Numbered from the stretch's first letter, positions 20,120 through 30,641 are shown. The stretch is DNA of 64,000 bases from Candidatus Iainarchaeum sp. (GCA_043808155.1 JAZDFD010000016.1:1-64000); one strand, 5' to 3'. Made by a program: numbers and translations. The notes: generated by a model not told the origin, from the letters alone.

Positions 20120-21163
20120 ATGAGAAAAACAAAAAGTGTGAAAAAAACAAAAAGCAGGAAATTGGAACATATTAAAATTTGCTTAAATCAGAATGTTCAG
20201 TTCAGAGAAAAAACAACTGGTTTCGAAAGAATGGATTTTGCAGCAGTTGATTTGACATACAAAGCACTCCCTGAAATTAACAAAAAAGAAATTAATACTG
20301 AAACTAAATTTTTGGGAAAAAAGTTTTCTGCTCCTTTAATGGTTACTGCAATAACTGGCGGAGTACCAGAAGCAAAAACAATTAATCTCGACATTGCAAA
20401 AGCATGTCAGGCACTTGGTTTGGGCATGGGTCTCGGAAGTCAGAGAGCAATGCTTGAGGATAAAAAAGTTTCAAATACTTACAAAGTCAGAGATATTGCA
20501 CCTGATATTTTTATTGCAGGAAATATTGGTGTTTTGCAAATTCAGGAATATTCTGTTTCAGATATTAAATGGATGTTGGATGAGGTTGAGGCTGATGCTT
20601 TAGCAATTCACATTAATGCAGCCCAAGAAGCTCTTCAGAAAGATGGCGCAACAACCTTTAAAGGGGGGTTACGCGGAATTAAAAAACTTGCAAAAAATCT
20701 GAAAAAACCAGTTTATGTTAAGGAAGTAGGTCATGGAATTTCAGCAGATGTTGCTAAGCTCCTCTCAGACACTGGAATTAAAGCAATTGATGTTGCAGGT
20801 GCAGGCGGAACTTCATGGATTGGAGTCGATTCTTTACGTGGAAATAAGGAAAGCGGAGAAGTATTTTGGGATTTCGGAATCCCTACCCTGGAGAGTCTGA
20901 TTCAGGTTAAAGAGAGTTTCAAAGGCCAGATAGTCGCATCTGGGGGCATAAGAAATGGCTTGGAAATGGCAAAAGCATTGGTTTTAGGTGCGGATATGTG
21001 CGGAATTGCATTGCCTGTTTTGAAGGCTCAGAACGCAGGTGGTAGTGCAGGTGTTGAGAAATATTTGAGAATGCGGATTGAAGAATTGAAAACAGCAATG
21101 TTTCTCACTGGTGCTAAAAATATCAAAGAATTAAAGCAACAGAAAGTTGTATCTTATACATAA
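20120..21163 (+). CDS. fni: Type 2 isopentenyl-diphosphate delta-isomerase
   Basis: RKLEH, TGG, GSQRA, HINAAQE, KEVGHG, DVAGAGGTSW, ASGGIR. Confidence 0.96.
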   Translation: MRKTKSVKKTKSRKLEHIKICLNQNVQFREKTTGFERMDFAAVDLTYKALPEINKKEINTETKFLGKKFSAPLMVTAITGGVPEAKTINLDIAKACQALGLGMGLGSQRAMLEDKKVSNTYKVRDIAPDIFIAGNIGVLQIQEYSVSDIKWMLDEVEADALAIHINAAQEALQKDGATTFKGGLRGIKKLAKNLKKPVYVKEVGHGISADVAKLLSDTGIKAIDVAGAGGTSWIGVDSLRGNKESGEVFWDFGIPTLESLIQVKESFKGQIVASGGIRNGLEMAKALVLGADMCGIALPVLKAQNAGGSAGVEKYLRMRIEELKTAMFLTGAKNIKELKQQKVVSYT

Positions 21164-21199
21164 CTTGATTAATAAAAAAAGAAAATAAAAGGGCAAAAA

Positions 21200-21463
21200 T
21201 TACCCTGAGAATTCTGCTAATTCATTTTCCAAGTCAGAACCTAAATCGTCATATTCTGCTAATTCATTTTCTAATGCAGCATATGCTTCGGCTTCTGTTC
21301 CGTAATCCTGAATTTCCAGTCCGCCAGTGTCACCATCATCCACTGTTGTACCATGTTCTGAATCATTGTCATTTGTTGGCGTAATTGGTTCTGTTGGCTG
21401 TGTACATCCAAAAGAAATCAACACAACAAGAATCAAAACTGAAATGATTATTTTTGTTTTCAT
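21200..21463 (-). CDS. Small acidic lipoprotein-like protein
   Basis: Basic N-terminus, hydrophobic stretch and lipobox-like SFGC; LENELAE occurs twice; GGAGTGA RBS. Confidence 0.7.
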   Translation of the reverse strand: MKTKIIISVLILVVLISFGCTQPTEPITPTNDNDSEHGTTVDDGDTGGLEIQDYGTEAEAYAALENELAEYDDLGSDLENELAEFSG

Positions 21464-21467
21464 CTAA

Positions 21468-22427
21468 TCACTCCGTATCCTGCCCTTCTTGGTTTTGTTC
21501 CTGATTCTGTTCTTGGTTTTCATTTCCTTCGGTGTTTTCTGTGTCCTCTGTTTCAGTATGCTCAACTTCTTCGATGTTTCCATTTGCATTGACTCTGACG
21601 GCTTTGAGTTCTTTTGCTGATTTTACTTACATTATTTGTTTCCCGTTTACTGTTCTTATTCTGCAGTGTGCTAACTGTGGATTTGCCTCACACAAACCTT
21701 TCAAATATTCCTCACATCTGCTATCCTGTGAGTTTCTCAAACAATATTCTTTTTGCAATGCTTTACATTTTGCATCTTCTGAATTGTTTTCGCAGAAATC
21801 CGAAACTCTTGCTTTGCATTCTTCTGCATTTCCGCAGTCAACAACTTTTTTGCATAATACATTGTCTGAATTTTCTCCGCAGTATTCTCCTACTTTCTGT
21901 GCAACTTCAACTGGCTTCAATGTTCTTGCTATTCCAAGGAAATATGCATTATATTCTGCGTCACTCAAGGTTAATGAACCCGCCCAAACATTTCTTCCGG
22001 GTCTTTCGTATTTATTTAAAGTGAAATCGCCAACTTGGTTTTCACCTGTGTTGTCATAAATGTCTGCTGTTAATTTTCCATCTTCAAGCATAACATTTTT
22101 CAGTCTGTATTTATTGTCGTCAAGTGTTAGAACACCTAAACTTATTTCTTCTACGCTCCTTGAATTTCTTACTCTGACAATTCCCGCAGCTACTTGTGCA
22201 CTCATAAACTCCATTGGGTCAGCTGTGTTTATTACTAAACCATGGCCAACTAAATGTAATTTTTTTACTGGCATTTTTACAACGTTTGCTGAAATTAAAG
22301 CAGGTGTTGCAGTTGTAATTGTGTCTGCTGTTGCAACAGTTGTTTCAACTGCATCTGTTTCTTCTGCTACTGCAAAAGCTGAAAATGCAATCAAAACAAC
22401 AGCTAAAAGCAAGTACATTTTCTTCAT
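21468..22427 (-). pseudogene. Secreted Cys-rich protein with an in-frame TAA at 21629-21627; the frame stays open for 52 more codons
   Basis: Signal peptide present. After ...GKQIM-TAA the same frame reads VKSAKELKAVRV...NQEQNQEGQDTE-TGA, ending at the RBS of the next gene. Confidence 0.65.
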
Positions 22428-22509
22428 ATTTCATCTCCTCCAAAAGATTTATTTGAATAATAAGGTAATATATGATTAGTTTAATTAAAAACTTTAATAG
22501 TTTGGAAAA

Positions 22510-24256
22510 CTAACATGTGTTTAGAACAATATTTACGTTTTCACAGGATTTTTTAATTACAATAAACAAATCCCCGTTTTTATTGAAAAACTCAGCCAAG
22601 CCTCTATCAGCATTTAAAATCTGCCAGTTTTTTATTTTTTTATTAGTCTTAATCTGCAAAGTTAAACCTTCAAGCTCAGTATCAGAACTAATCTCTAACT
22701 GATATCCTTTAGGTGTTTTTCTCAGGTTTATTTGTGCATTGTTTCTGTTATTCCACCATTCCGAAATCTCTGTTCCAGATGCAAACCATGCTTTTCCTTC
22801 TTTCTTAGCAAATTCTAAAAGGTCCCAGAACAGGTCTGAGCCTCTAAGCAGACCCCTATCAAATTTTGACTCAAATAATTTCTTGGTTTTCTTATTCTCA
22901 AATGACAGAGGGTGCCATAAAAGTCCAATCATTCCATTTTTGGAAATAACTTCGAAAATGAGTTTTTTTGATTCCGTGAGGGCTTCTTTATAATTGAAAT
23001 CATTATTTTGAGAAAGCGGGAGTGAAACATCCATTAAAGTTACAGGCAATTCTAACAGCTCAATGCATTCATTTTTTTCATAATCAAATGTTTCAAAAGG
23101 CATACATGTTCCATTACTGAATCCTGCTAAATCATTAAACAAACAGGTTGAATCATAAGTCAATCCTGACTTTTTTTGAATCTGCCATGTGCTGGGATAT
23201 GTGCATTTTAATCTGTGCTGTCTGGCTCCTGTGATTTTAATGCCTGCTACTTTCTCAAGATTTGTCTTTTGAAGTTTCATCTGCTCAGTATTTTCTGAAG
23301 TTTGAAAACCAGAATGCAGTGCAATTTCAAAATCCATTTCTTTTAATTCATCAATTATCTGTTTCGTAAATTTACTTTTGAGTGAGTATGAACTGTCTCG
23401 TAGTGAGCAGTTATCTAAAAAGAAAAAGCTTGGTTTTATTCCTGCAATTTCCTCAGCTTTTGCAAGCTCAATTATTGTGAACCACGGATCTGTCTGCAAT
23501 TTTTCATATTTTACATTGTTTAAAAATTCAGTAAAATCAATTTTGCCTGAAACAACTGATTTTAATGCAGAAAATGAATAGCGAAAACAGAGTTCTGTTT
23601 TGTTCAAAAATTCTTTAATGTTTAAATATGCCAAATCTCCCAATGCACGCATGAAAAGTAAATGGGGGGGCATTACTAATGCATCCACATCATGGGAAAC
23701 AAAAACTGAAAAATCATTAGCATTTGGCCATAACCATTTCCGCACTAATAAATTATTTGTTTTTTTTTGCAGAATTTTCATGGAGTGTGAAAATTTTTTC
23801 AGCAATAATGTCAAACTGCGGTTTGGAATGCATTTTTGTTTTAAAAAGTAAAGATTCTTTTCCGATAACTCTGCCTAATTTATCTTTTTTCCCAAGAAGT
23901 TTTGAATTTTTTTGGTATGGGAACAAAAAGTCTCCACACTGCAAAAACAGATTTTCTTCAATATATTCTATGTGTCCTTTTCCGGAATTAAATTCATTTC
24001 TTAAAAGTTCATTTAATTCATTATTATTGGATTTTCCAATTTTAATTAATGTGCCGCCTTTCCCAATGAAATTTTTTAGTACTGAAAAATTGATATCCGC
24101 ATCTGTGTTTTCAGGAATTACAACTGAAGATATATTTTGAAGATTAGATTTAGAGTTTAAACTATCCGTGAATTCAAAACAAAATCCGATTTGTTTGTAG
24201 ACCTGGGCAATTACGTGTTTAGCAAGCCCTTGTGTTTTGCACAATATTAAAATCAT
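22510..24256 (-). pseudogene. Polysaccharide deacetylase-like protein split by a 1-base frameshift in an A9 tract (ORFs 23753-24256 and 22510-23814)
   Basis: The downstream part has WP...F.VFVSHDVD, IALH, GARQH.L, YDST, ELP..LMD and LWHP. Removing one A at 23760-23768 fuses the ORFs as ENSAKKTNNLLVRKW. Confidence 0.7.
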
Positions 24257-24265
24257 AAAAATAAT

Positions 24266-24724
24266 TTATTTTTTTGAGAGTGCGTCTCTCTTGCCTATGA
24301 CTTTTGCAGGATTTCCGGCAACAACTGAATTTGCAGGGACATCTTTCGTAACAACTGCACCTGCACCAATAAGTGAATTTTTTCCAATTTTTACCGGGAG
24401 TAAAGTTACGTTAGAGCCTATTGAAACATTTTCTTCTATAAGTGTTTCTTTCCAGTCTCCTCCGGAAGGTGGATTTAAATCATTGATAAACATTACACCA
24501 TGGCCGATGAAGACATTGTCTTTAATTTTAACTTTACTGCAAATGAAAGTATGTGACTGAATTCTGCAGTTGTCACCAATTTCAACATCTGACTGAATCT
24601 CAACAAAAGAACCAATCATGCAGTTCTTTCCTATTTTGCAGCCGTAAATATTTACGCAGTGCCATATTTTTGTGTTTTCCCCAATTTCTGCATCTTTTAT
24701 AATCTGGTACTGACCGCTAGCCAT
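24266..24724 (-). CDS. Hexapeptide-repeat sugar N-acetyltransferase (WbpD/WlbB-like)
   Basis: Left-handed beta-helix repeats, KIWH, FIND and GAGAVVTKDVP..VVAGNPA. Confidence 0.88.
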   Translation of the reverse strand: MASGQYQIIKDAEIGENTKIWHCVNIYGCKIGKNCMIGSFVEIQSDVEIGDNCRIQSHTFICSKVKIKDNVFIGHGVMFINDLNPPSGGDWKETLIEENVSIGSNVTLLPVKIGKNSLIGAGAVVTKDVPANSVVAGNPAKVIGKRDALSKK

Positions 24725-24728
24725 TCAA

Positions 24729-25826
24729 TCACCTCTTTGTTGCATCCAAAAGCGTATCGCAAACAAATTCAATTTCTTCTTTTTTAAGTTCAGGGAACAT
24801 TGGCAAAGAAACAATCTCACTGCATATTTTTTCTGCAACTGGAAATTTCTGTTTTGTGTCAATTAAATATTTTAATGCATTTTGCGTGTGTAATGGTTCT
24901 GGATAATGAATTCCTGCGCCAATTCCCTGTTCTTTAAGTTTGTTTATTATTCTGTCTCTGTTTTTAACACGCACAACATACAAATGGAAAACAGATTTGC
25001 AATTTGCGTCACTTGCAGGAACAACTACTTCTGAATCCTGAAGAAGTTCTGTGTATATTTTTGCATTTTTAATTCTCATGTCTGTCCATTCTTCAAGATG
25101 TTTAAGTTTGACATCTAATATTGCTGCTTGTAAAGCATCAAGTCTTGAGTTATATCCTATAAAATCAGACTGGAATTTATTTGATCTTCCGTGATTTCTG
25201 AGCATTTTAGCTTTGTCATAAATTTCAGAATCATTTGTTACTATTGCACCACCGTCTCCAAAAGCACCTATATTTTTTCCCGGGAAGAAACTGAATGCAC
25301 CTGCTGTGCTTATTGGAACTCGTTTTCCTTTGTATTCTGCGCCGTGTGACTGACAGCAGTCTTCAAGAACTAAAAGATTGTGTTTTTCAGCAATTTCATT
25401 TATTACCTGCATTTCTGCAGGTCTGCCATATATATGCACAGGAATAATTGCCTTTGTTTTGGGCGTGATTTTTTTTTCAATTTGGTTTACATCAATATTA
25501 AACGTTTCATCAGCATCAACAAGCACTGGTTTTGCCCCAAGCTGTACAACTGGCTCCACTGTTGCGAAAAAAGTATGTGTAGGTGCAAGTACTTCGTCAC
25601 CTTTTGAAAGGCCCATGCATTCTAATGCGAGTTTTAATGCATCTGTTCCGTTTCCAACACCAACTGCATATTTTGCATTACAGAATTTTGCAAAGTTTTG
25701 TTCAAATTCTTCAACTGGCTTTCCAAGAATAAAAGATGTGTTTTCTATTATCTCGCTCATTGCAGAATCAATTTCTTCTTTTATGCTTTGATACTGTCTT
25801 TTCAGATCAACTAATGGGATTTTCAT
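24729..25826 (-). CDS. DegT/DnrJ/EryC1/StrS PLP aminotransferase (WbpE/WlbC-like)
   Basis: NGTDAL, PVHIYG, EDCCQSHG, SFFPGKNIGAFGDGG, NSRLDALQAA, SLPMFP. Confidence 0.93.
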   Translation of the reverse strand: MKIPLVDLKRQYQSIKEEIDSAMSEIIENTSFILGKPVEEFEQNFAKFCNAKYAVGVGNGTDALKLALECMGLSKGDEVLAPTHTFFATVEPVVQLGAKPVLVDADETFNIDVNQIEKKITPKTKAIIPVHIYGRPAEMQVINEIAEKHNLLVLEDCCQSHGAEYKGKRVPISTAGAFSFFPGKNIGAFGDGGAIVTNDSEIYDKAKMLRNHGRSNKFQSDFIGYNSRLDALQAAILDVKLKHLEEWTDMRIKNAKIYTELLQDSEVVVPASDANCKSVFHLYVVRVKNRDRIINKLKEQGIGAGIHYPEPLHTQNALKYLIDTKQKFPVAEKICSEIVSLPMFPELKKEEIEFVCDTLLDATKR

Positions 25827-26872
25827 TTTCCACCACCCAATTTACTATGTTTTGGTTCAAATTTAAGAAAAATTTCTCTGCCTGATGCTGCAGATTCGTA
25901 AAGTGCATTTATCAGTTCAATTGATTTTCTTGCCTCATTGCCGTCAATAACTGCTTTTTTATCATGCAAAATGCAGTCTACAACATTTTCAAAGAACTTT
26001 GCGTGATTGTATGCAAAAACATTTGGATTTTGTTTAAAATCTTCGTCAATTTTATATGCTCCGTCTTCAAATTGCCAGATATCTAATTTATCTGCTGAAA
26101 ACCCCCCGACAATAACTGTTCCGCCTTCGCCCAAGACGCTTATTGAACCCTCCAGATCTTTTGGACGTGTTGCAGTTGTGGCTTCTATTATTCCCAGTGC
26201 GCCATTTGAAAATTTTATTATTGCAACTGCAGTGTCGTCTGCTTCGATGTCTGCTAAGCGCGTTGCAGTTTTGCACATAACACTTTCTATGTCACCCATT
26301 AACCACTGAAGTAAATCAATGTGATGATTTGCCTGATTTGAAATAACTCCGCCATCCATTGCCCATGTCCCACGCCAGTCAACTGCATCATAATAATCCT
26401 GTTTTCTTGTCCATCTCATTCTTGCAGTCGCAATTACAAATTTTTTGAATTTACCCGAATCTATTGCTTCTTTAAGTTTTACAATTGGTTTGTTAAATCT
26501 GTTTTGTTTAACTTCAAAAAGTTTGACATTATTTTTTTTACAGGCCGCTATTACTTTGTCTGCATCTTTTAATGTCAGGGCCATTGGTTTTTCAACAACA
26601 ACGTGTTTTCCTGCATTTGCAGAGTCTACTGCAGGTTCCCAGTGCAGTCCGCTTGGTGTAATTATACTTACTGCATCAATATCTGCTTTTTCCAGCATTT
26701 CTTTGTATGATGCAAACCATGGTACATTGTTCTCTTTTCCTGTTTTTTCTGCCAGTTCTTTTTTCAGGTCGCAAACTGCTGTGAGTTCCGCATTTTGAGT
26801 ATTTTTTATGGCTGTAATGTGCTTTTTGCTGATTTTTCCGCAGCCAATCAATCCAAATCTTACTGTTTTCAT
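25823..26872 (-). CDS. Gfo/Idh/MocA oxidoreductase (WbpB/WlbA-like UDP-GlcNAcA 3-dehydrogenase)
   Basis: GCGKI, TPSGLH, EKPMA, VKQNRFN, W.R.Q.YY...WRGTW..DGG...NQA.H.IDLL. Confidence 0.9.
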   Translation of the reverse strand: MKTVRFGLIGCGKISKKHITAIKNTQNAELTAVCDLKKELAEKTGKENNVPWFASYKEMLEKADIDAVSIITPSGLHWEPAVDSANAGKHVVVEKPMALTLKDADKVIAACKKNNVKLFEVKQNRFNKPIVKLKEAIDSGKFKKFVIATARMRWTRKQDYYDAVDWRGTWAMDGGVISNQANHHIDLLQWLMGDIESVMCKTATRLADIEADDTAVAIIKFSNGALGIIEATTATRPKDLEGSISVLGEGGTVIVGGFSADKLDIWQFEDGAYKIDEDFKQNPNVFAYNHAKFFENVVDCILHDKKAVIDGNEARKSIELINALYESAASGREIFLKFEPKHSKLGGGK

Positions 26873-26914
26873 GCTAACAACTCAAATGTGCTATAAACCT
26901 CTTTTAAATGTTTT

Positions 26915-28141
26915 TTAGGCTTTAGAAGCTATTTTATAGGCTTCTAAAAAATCATCTGCTACTTTTGCATATGTGAATTTTTCAGTTATTGTTTTTCTGG
27001 CATTCTGTTCTAATTTCTTTCTAAAATCGTCTTTTGTTAGTATTTTCTCAAGCGCTGCTGAAAGTTCCTTCACATCTCCTGTTTTGTAAATTATTCCATT
27101 TTCATTGTTTTTTATGGCTTCAAATGCACCTGGAATATCTGAAGATATGACTGCTTTTCCTGAAGCCATTGCCTCAAGAACTATATTTGAAATCCCTAAA
27201 TTTGGGGCTGAAGCTGACACAAAAACATCTGAGTCTGACATCATTTTGGAAAGTTTTTCATGTGAAACATTTCCTTCAAAATGTACTTTTTTTTCAAGGC
27301 CTAGTTTTTTTGCAAGTTTTTTCAGGTTTTTTTCTTCTGCACCATCACCTGCCAGTGAAAATTCTGTATCAATTCCTTTTTTCTGTAAAATACTCATTGC
27401 ATTGATTATATCATCAAACTTTTTCCATTTCTCAAATCTTCCACCGCTTACAATTTGTTTAATCTGCTTTTGTTTTTTTGTAGTGGGTTTGAATTTTTCT
27501 GCGTCAACCCCGTAATGTGTTTTGAATATTTTTTTTTCATTTACTTTTTGTTTTATTAGTAATGATTTACCGTGTTTTGTTGTTGGAAGAATTAAATGGA
27601 AAATTTTAAAGTAAAGTTTTTGAATTTTGAGTGCTAGTTTTATACTTGCAGAATTTAATTTCCAGCTTTCTTCAATTCCCTGCTCTGCTGAAAAACCTTT
27701 TATTTTTGACCGTGTTGCAATTTCATATGCTAAGTCTCCGCAGTAACGTAAAAGAAATTTTTTTCTTAGTAATAATGGTCGGGATAATAAACATGTGACT
27801 GCACCAAAAGAAAGATCCATTGCATGCACAATTTTTACTTTGTGTTTAAATGAAACATAACTGAGAGTTAGTGCTCCTAAAATGCCTGCGATTACCCATG
27901 TAATAACATTGTTTTTATGAGGATTGAAAAAAGGTGCATTTGCTCTGTAAACATTCATTCCGTCTATTACCTCAAAAGATTTGCTTTTTGTAGTGTTTAA
28001 TGTGACAACAGATATGTTGTGTCCGCGTTTAACAAGTTCCTTACCTGTGTAAAAAACTACTGAGGGTACGCCTCCAACTTCAGGAGGAAAACCACGTGTA
28101 ACAAAACATATATTCAAAAAAGCACACCTTTCAAAACTCAA
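26915..28141 (-). CDS. GT4-family glycosyltransferase
   Basis: FPPEVGG, GRF..WK, AGDG and N..LEAMASGK.VI motifs. Confidence 0.9.
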   Translation of the reverse strand: MSFERCAFLNICFVTRGFPPEVGGVPSVVFYTGKELVKRGHNISVVTLNTTKSKSFEVIDGMNVYRANAPFFNPHKNNVITWVIAGILGALTLSYVSFKHKVKIVHAMDLSFGAVTCLLSRPLLLRKKFLLRYCGDLAYEIATRSKIKGFSAEQGIEESWKLNSASIKLALKIQKLYFKIFHLILPTTKHGKSLLIKQKVNEKKIFKTHYGVDAEKFKPTTKKQKQIKQIVSGGRFEKWKKFDDIINAMSILQKKGIDTEFSLAGDGAEEKNLKKLAKKLGLEKKVHFEGNVSHEKLSKMMSDSDVFVSASAPNLGISNIVLEAMASGKAVISSDIPGAFEAIKNNENGIIYKTGDVKELSAALEKILTKDDFRKKLEQNARKTITEKFTYAKVADDFLEAYKIASKA

Positions 28142-28252
28142 ACAAGCAATTTATTTGCCACTTAATATATATTATATATTCGGATTATTAAAAGAAGTTT
28201 GGTACAATTCTCAAAATTGCTGCATTCTCTATAAGTGGTGCAAATCTCAAAA

Positions 28253-28993
28253 TCATTCAAATCGATATACTCTGAGCAGATTTTTTGCATTTCTCAGCAT
28301 TATTGGCAGAATAAGGTTGATTTTGTATTTCCATCTGAGATGAAGTTTTCTGTCTTTTTTTTCAATAAATTTTGCACCAATGCCTGAAAGCATTTCTTCA
28401 AGTTCTTTTTCTGTTAGGAATGATACAATTATATATTTGTGCACATAAAGGAAAGGAATACTTATGTTCCATTTGAAACAGATTTTTGTTACGTTGAAGA
28501 TTAATTTTGAAGTGAATTTTGAACCCATTACTTCCTCATAAAACATCAAATACGCTTTTGGTTTAGCAACGCGTTTAATTTCTTTTAGTGCTTTAACTGC
28601 AACCTTCTTTGAGTCCTCTTGCGTGTCTCTTACAATGTGATGCAGAAGGTCTTTGAAAATCACGACATCAAAAGAATTATTTTCAAATGGCAGATTCAAC
28701 ACATCGCCCTTCTGAAAATTAATCTCCGGGTTTTGTCTTTTTTTTGCTTCATTTATTAATTTTTCAGTTAAATCAATTCCGTAAAGTTTTGTTTTGGGAT
28801 ATCTTTTTTTTATACTTCCTAAAAGATAGCCTGAGCCACAGCCTACGTCAAGCACGCGTTCATTTCCTTTAAATGCAGTTTCTAAAAAGGGCAGAAACGG
28901 ATTAAGTTTCTCTTCATTTAATTCTGCTTCACGTTTTGAATAATGATTACTTCTGTGTTCAAAATGCTTCTCAACTGAGTCCTTAACTTTCAA
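28253..28993 (-). CDS. Class I SAM-dependent methyltransferase
   Basis: VLDVGCGSG, GIDL, GD..NLPFENNSFDVV, LHH, RVAKP. Confidence 0.9.
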   Translation of the reverse strand: MKVKDSVEKHFEHRSNHYSKREAELNEEKLNPFLPFLETAFKGNERVLDVGCGSGYLLGSIKKRYPKTKLYGIDLTEKLINEAKKRQNPEINFQKGDVLNLPFENNSFDVVIFKDLLHHIVRDTQEDSKKVAVKALKEIKRVAKPKAYLMFYEEVMGSKFTSKLIFNVTKICFKWNISIPFLYVHKYIIVSFLTEKELEEMLSGIGAKFIEKKDRKLHLRWKYKINLILPIMLRNAKNLLRVYRFE

Positions 28994-29086
28994 TTAAACC
29001 ACAATATACTTTTGAGTCATCATCTTTTATATTTGCTCTTTAATGGGTCTGAGGGTATTCTTTTTAACGGAAGTCACACCATTCCA

Positions 29087-29929
29087 CTATTCAGATATTT
29101 GACGTATTCTTTTTACCGGAAGTTTGCATTCTTCCACTATTCGCATAATTCTTTCTTTTTCAGTTCCTAAGCCTTTGTAATCCAACACGATTTCCTGGAC
29201 AGGCTCTAAACTAGACTTGATTGCTTTTTGTAACATCACTTCATCAAAATTTTCAAGTGCATATTTTGGGCAAATATGTCCTATCGCATAATTTGTTTTC
29301 AGCATTAGTTTTGTAAATTCTTTATGGTAATGCGGTCCGCCAATCCCAATTGCAGTTTTGTAATTTCCTATTTTTGTTTCGTGAATATTAGTTTCAAGTA
29401 TATTAGTTTCATGCATAATTGTTTCTGCAATTGCAAGTGCTGCGTTTTCATCTGTCCACTCGGTTTCAGAACTCCCCACCTCAATGTAAATTGATGGTTT
29501 TGTAAGAAATGCTCCGTGGTGTGTTACCTCTGCAATCACTTCGTAATTAAGTGAATTTTTTTCTTTTTGTTTCTGCAATCCCACTAAATAATTTTTCACA
29601 AGAGAAGGCACTGCGGGAACTAATGTTCTTGGTTTCCCGCCCATTTCAGCAGTATTTCCCCAGTTACCAATGCAGTGTGTAGTTAATGATGGTGTACCTT
29701 TCTCAGAAGAATGGCGCGATGCGAAAATTAAAATTTCTTCTCCCAATTCATCCAAATAGTCTGCGTAAATCTGCAAATCATTTATTGTGTAAAGGTTGAA
29801 ATTTTCAAAAGTGTAAATTTCATTATTCTTGTACTGTTTGTCAGTTTCTTTAAAATCAAAGTTGCCCAAAAGCTGTTTTTTTATTGCAAGACCTGCAGTA
29901 TCTACTGTGGAAACAATTATCGCATACAC
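29087..29929 (-). CDS. dtdA: D-aminoacyl-tRNA deacylase (DTD2, archaeal)
   Basis: FASRHSS, SLTTHCIGN, EVTHHG, IEVGS.E.EW, GIGGPHY, GHICPKY. Confidence 0.92.
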   Translation of the reverse strand: MYAIIVSTVDTAGLAIKKQLLGNFDFKETDKQYKNNEIYTFENFNLYTINDLQIYADYLDELGEEILIFASRHSSEKGTPSLTTHCIGNWGNTAEMGGKPRTLVPAVPSLVKNYLVGLQKQKEKNSLNYEVIAEVTHHGAFLTKPSIYIEVGSSETEWTDENAALAIAETIMHETNILETNIHETKIGNYKTAIGIGGPHYHKEFTKLMLKTNYAIGHICPKYALENFDEVMLQKAIKSSLEPVQEIVLDYKGLGTEKERIMRIVEECKLPVKRIRQISE

Positions 29930-29938
29930 GTTAATCAG

Positions 29939-30427
29939 CTATGCTTCTCTTTGTTTATAGTTTTCTGAAAGTTTAATCATCACTTCTTCAATTGAATTGA
30001 GTGATTCATTAATCGGTGTTTTAACCCAGTGGGAAAAACTTTCTTTCAAATTATTTGGTTCTGTTGTTGGGTTGTTGTTCAGGTAGTATCTGTTCCTTTT
30101 TCTTAGAATCAGATTCACATTCATCAGTCTGTTCAAATGATAGCGTGTGAGTTTTTCTGAGATATTTTTGTTGGTTTTATCAAGCACAAATGTCTGGATT
30201 TCCTTAGTTGTGGGATTGTGCTGTTTTGTAAGCAAGAAATAAAATAAACCATCAAGTACGTCCAGCACAGTTGCTCTTGATTCCTGTTCCGAAATAAGCC
30301 CAAACGAAAGCGCAAACCATCTCAGCATTGAACGCTTAGTCATCTGTACAGAGGGGGGAAGATCCATTTTTCTAATAGTAAATGTATTTCTTACAAGTTC
30401 TGATTCTGGAAATGAAACTTTTGGCAT
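29939..30427 (-). CDS. Conserved hypothetical protein, probable winged-helix DNA-binding protein
   Basis: RWFALSFGLISE.ESR and a wHTH-like segment 'ISEKLTRYHLNRL..VNLI....NRYYL'. Confidence 0.6.
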   Translation of the reverse strand: MPKVSFPESELVRNTFTIRKMDLPPSVQMTKRSMLRWFALSFGLISEQESRATVLDVLDGLFYFLLTKQHNPTTKEIQTFVLDKTNKNISEKLTRYHLNRLMNVNLILRKRNRYYLNNNPTTEPNNLKESFSHWVKTPINESLNSIEEVMIKLSENYKQREA

Positions 30428-30641
30428 TTGATCATCTCTTCTACATAATACTTCTACTAATATTTAGGAAACACTTTTTTTCCTTTGGACATATATTATT
30501 TGCAAAGTAGTATATAATTGTTTTTAGTGTCCATTAGGTTTTGATTAATTAGTTATGTTTGCTTAAATTTCAGGAAAGGTTTTTAGAAACAATTGCATGA
30601 AAATAAATATTACGAAATAAATTTCGGGGAGCGTGGATAAT

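Noticed and set aside
21627-21629. Genome-wide stop codon reassignment
   Set aside because: TAA, TAG and TGA all terminate conserved genes at the expected positions in this window.
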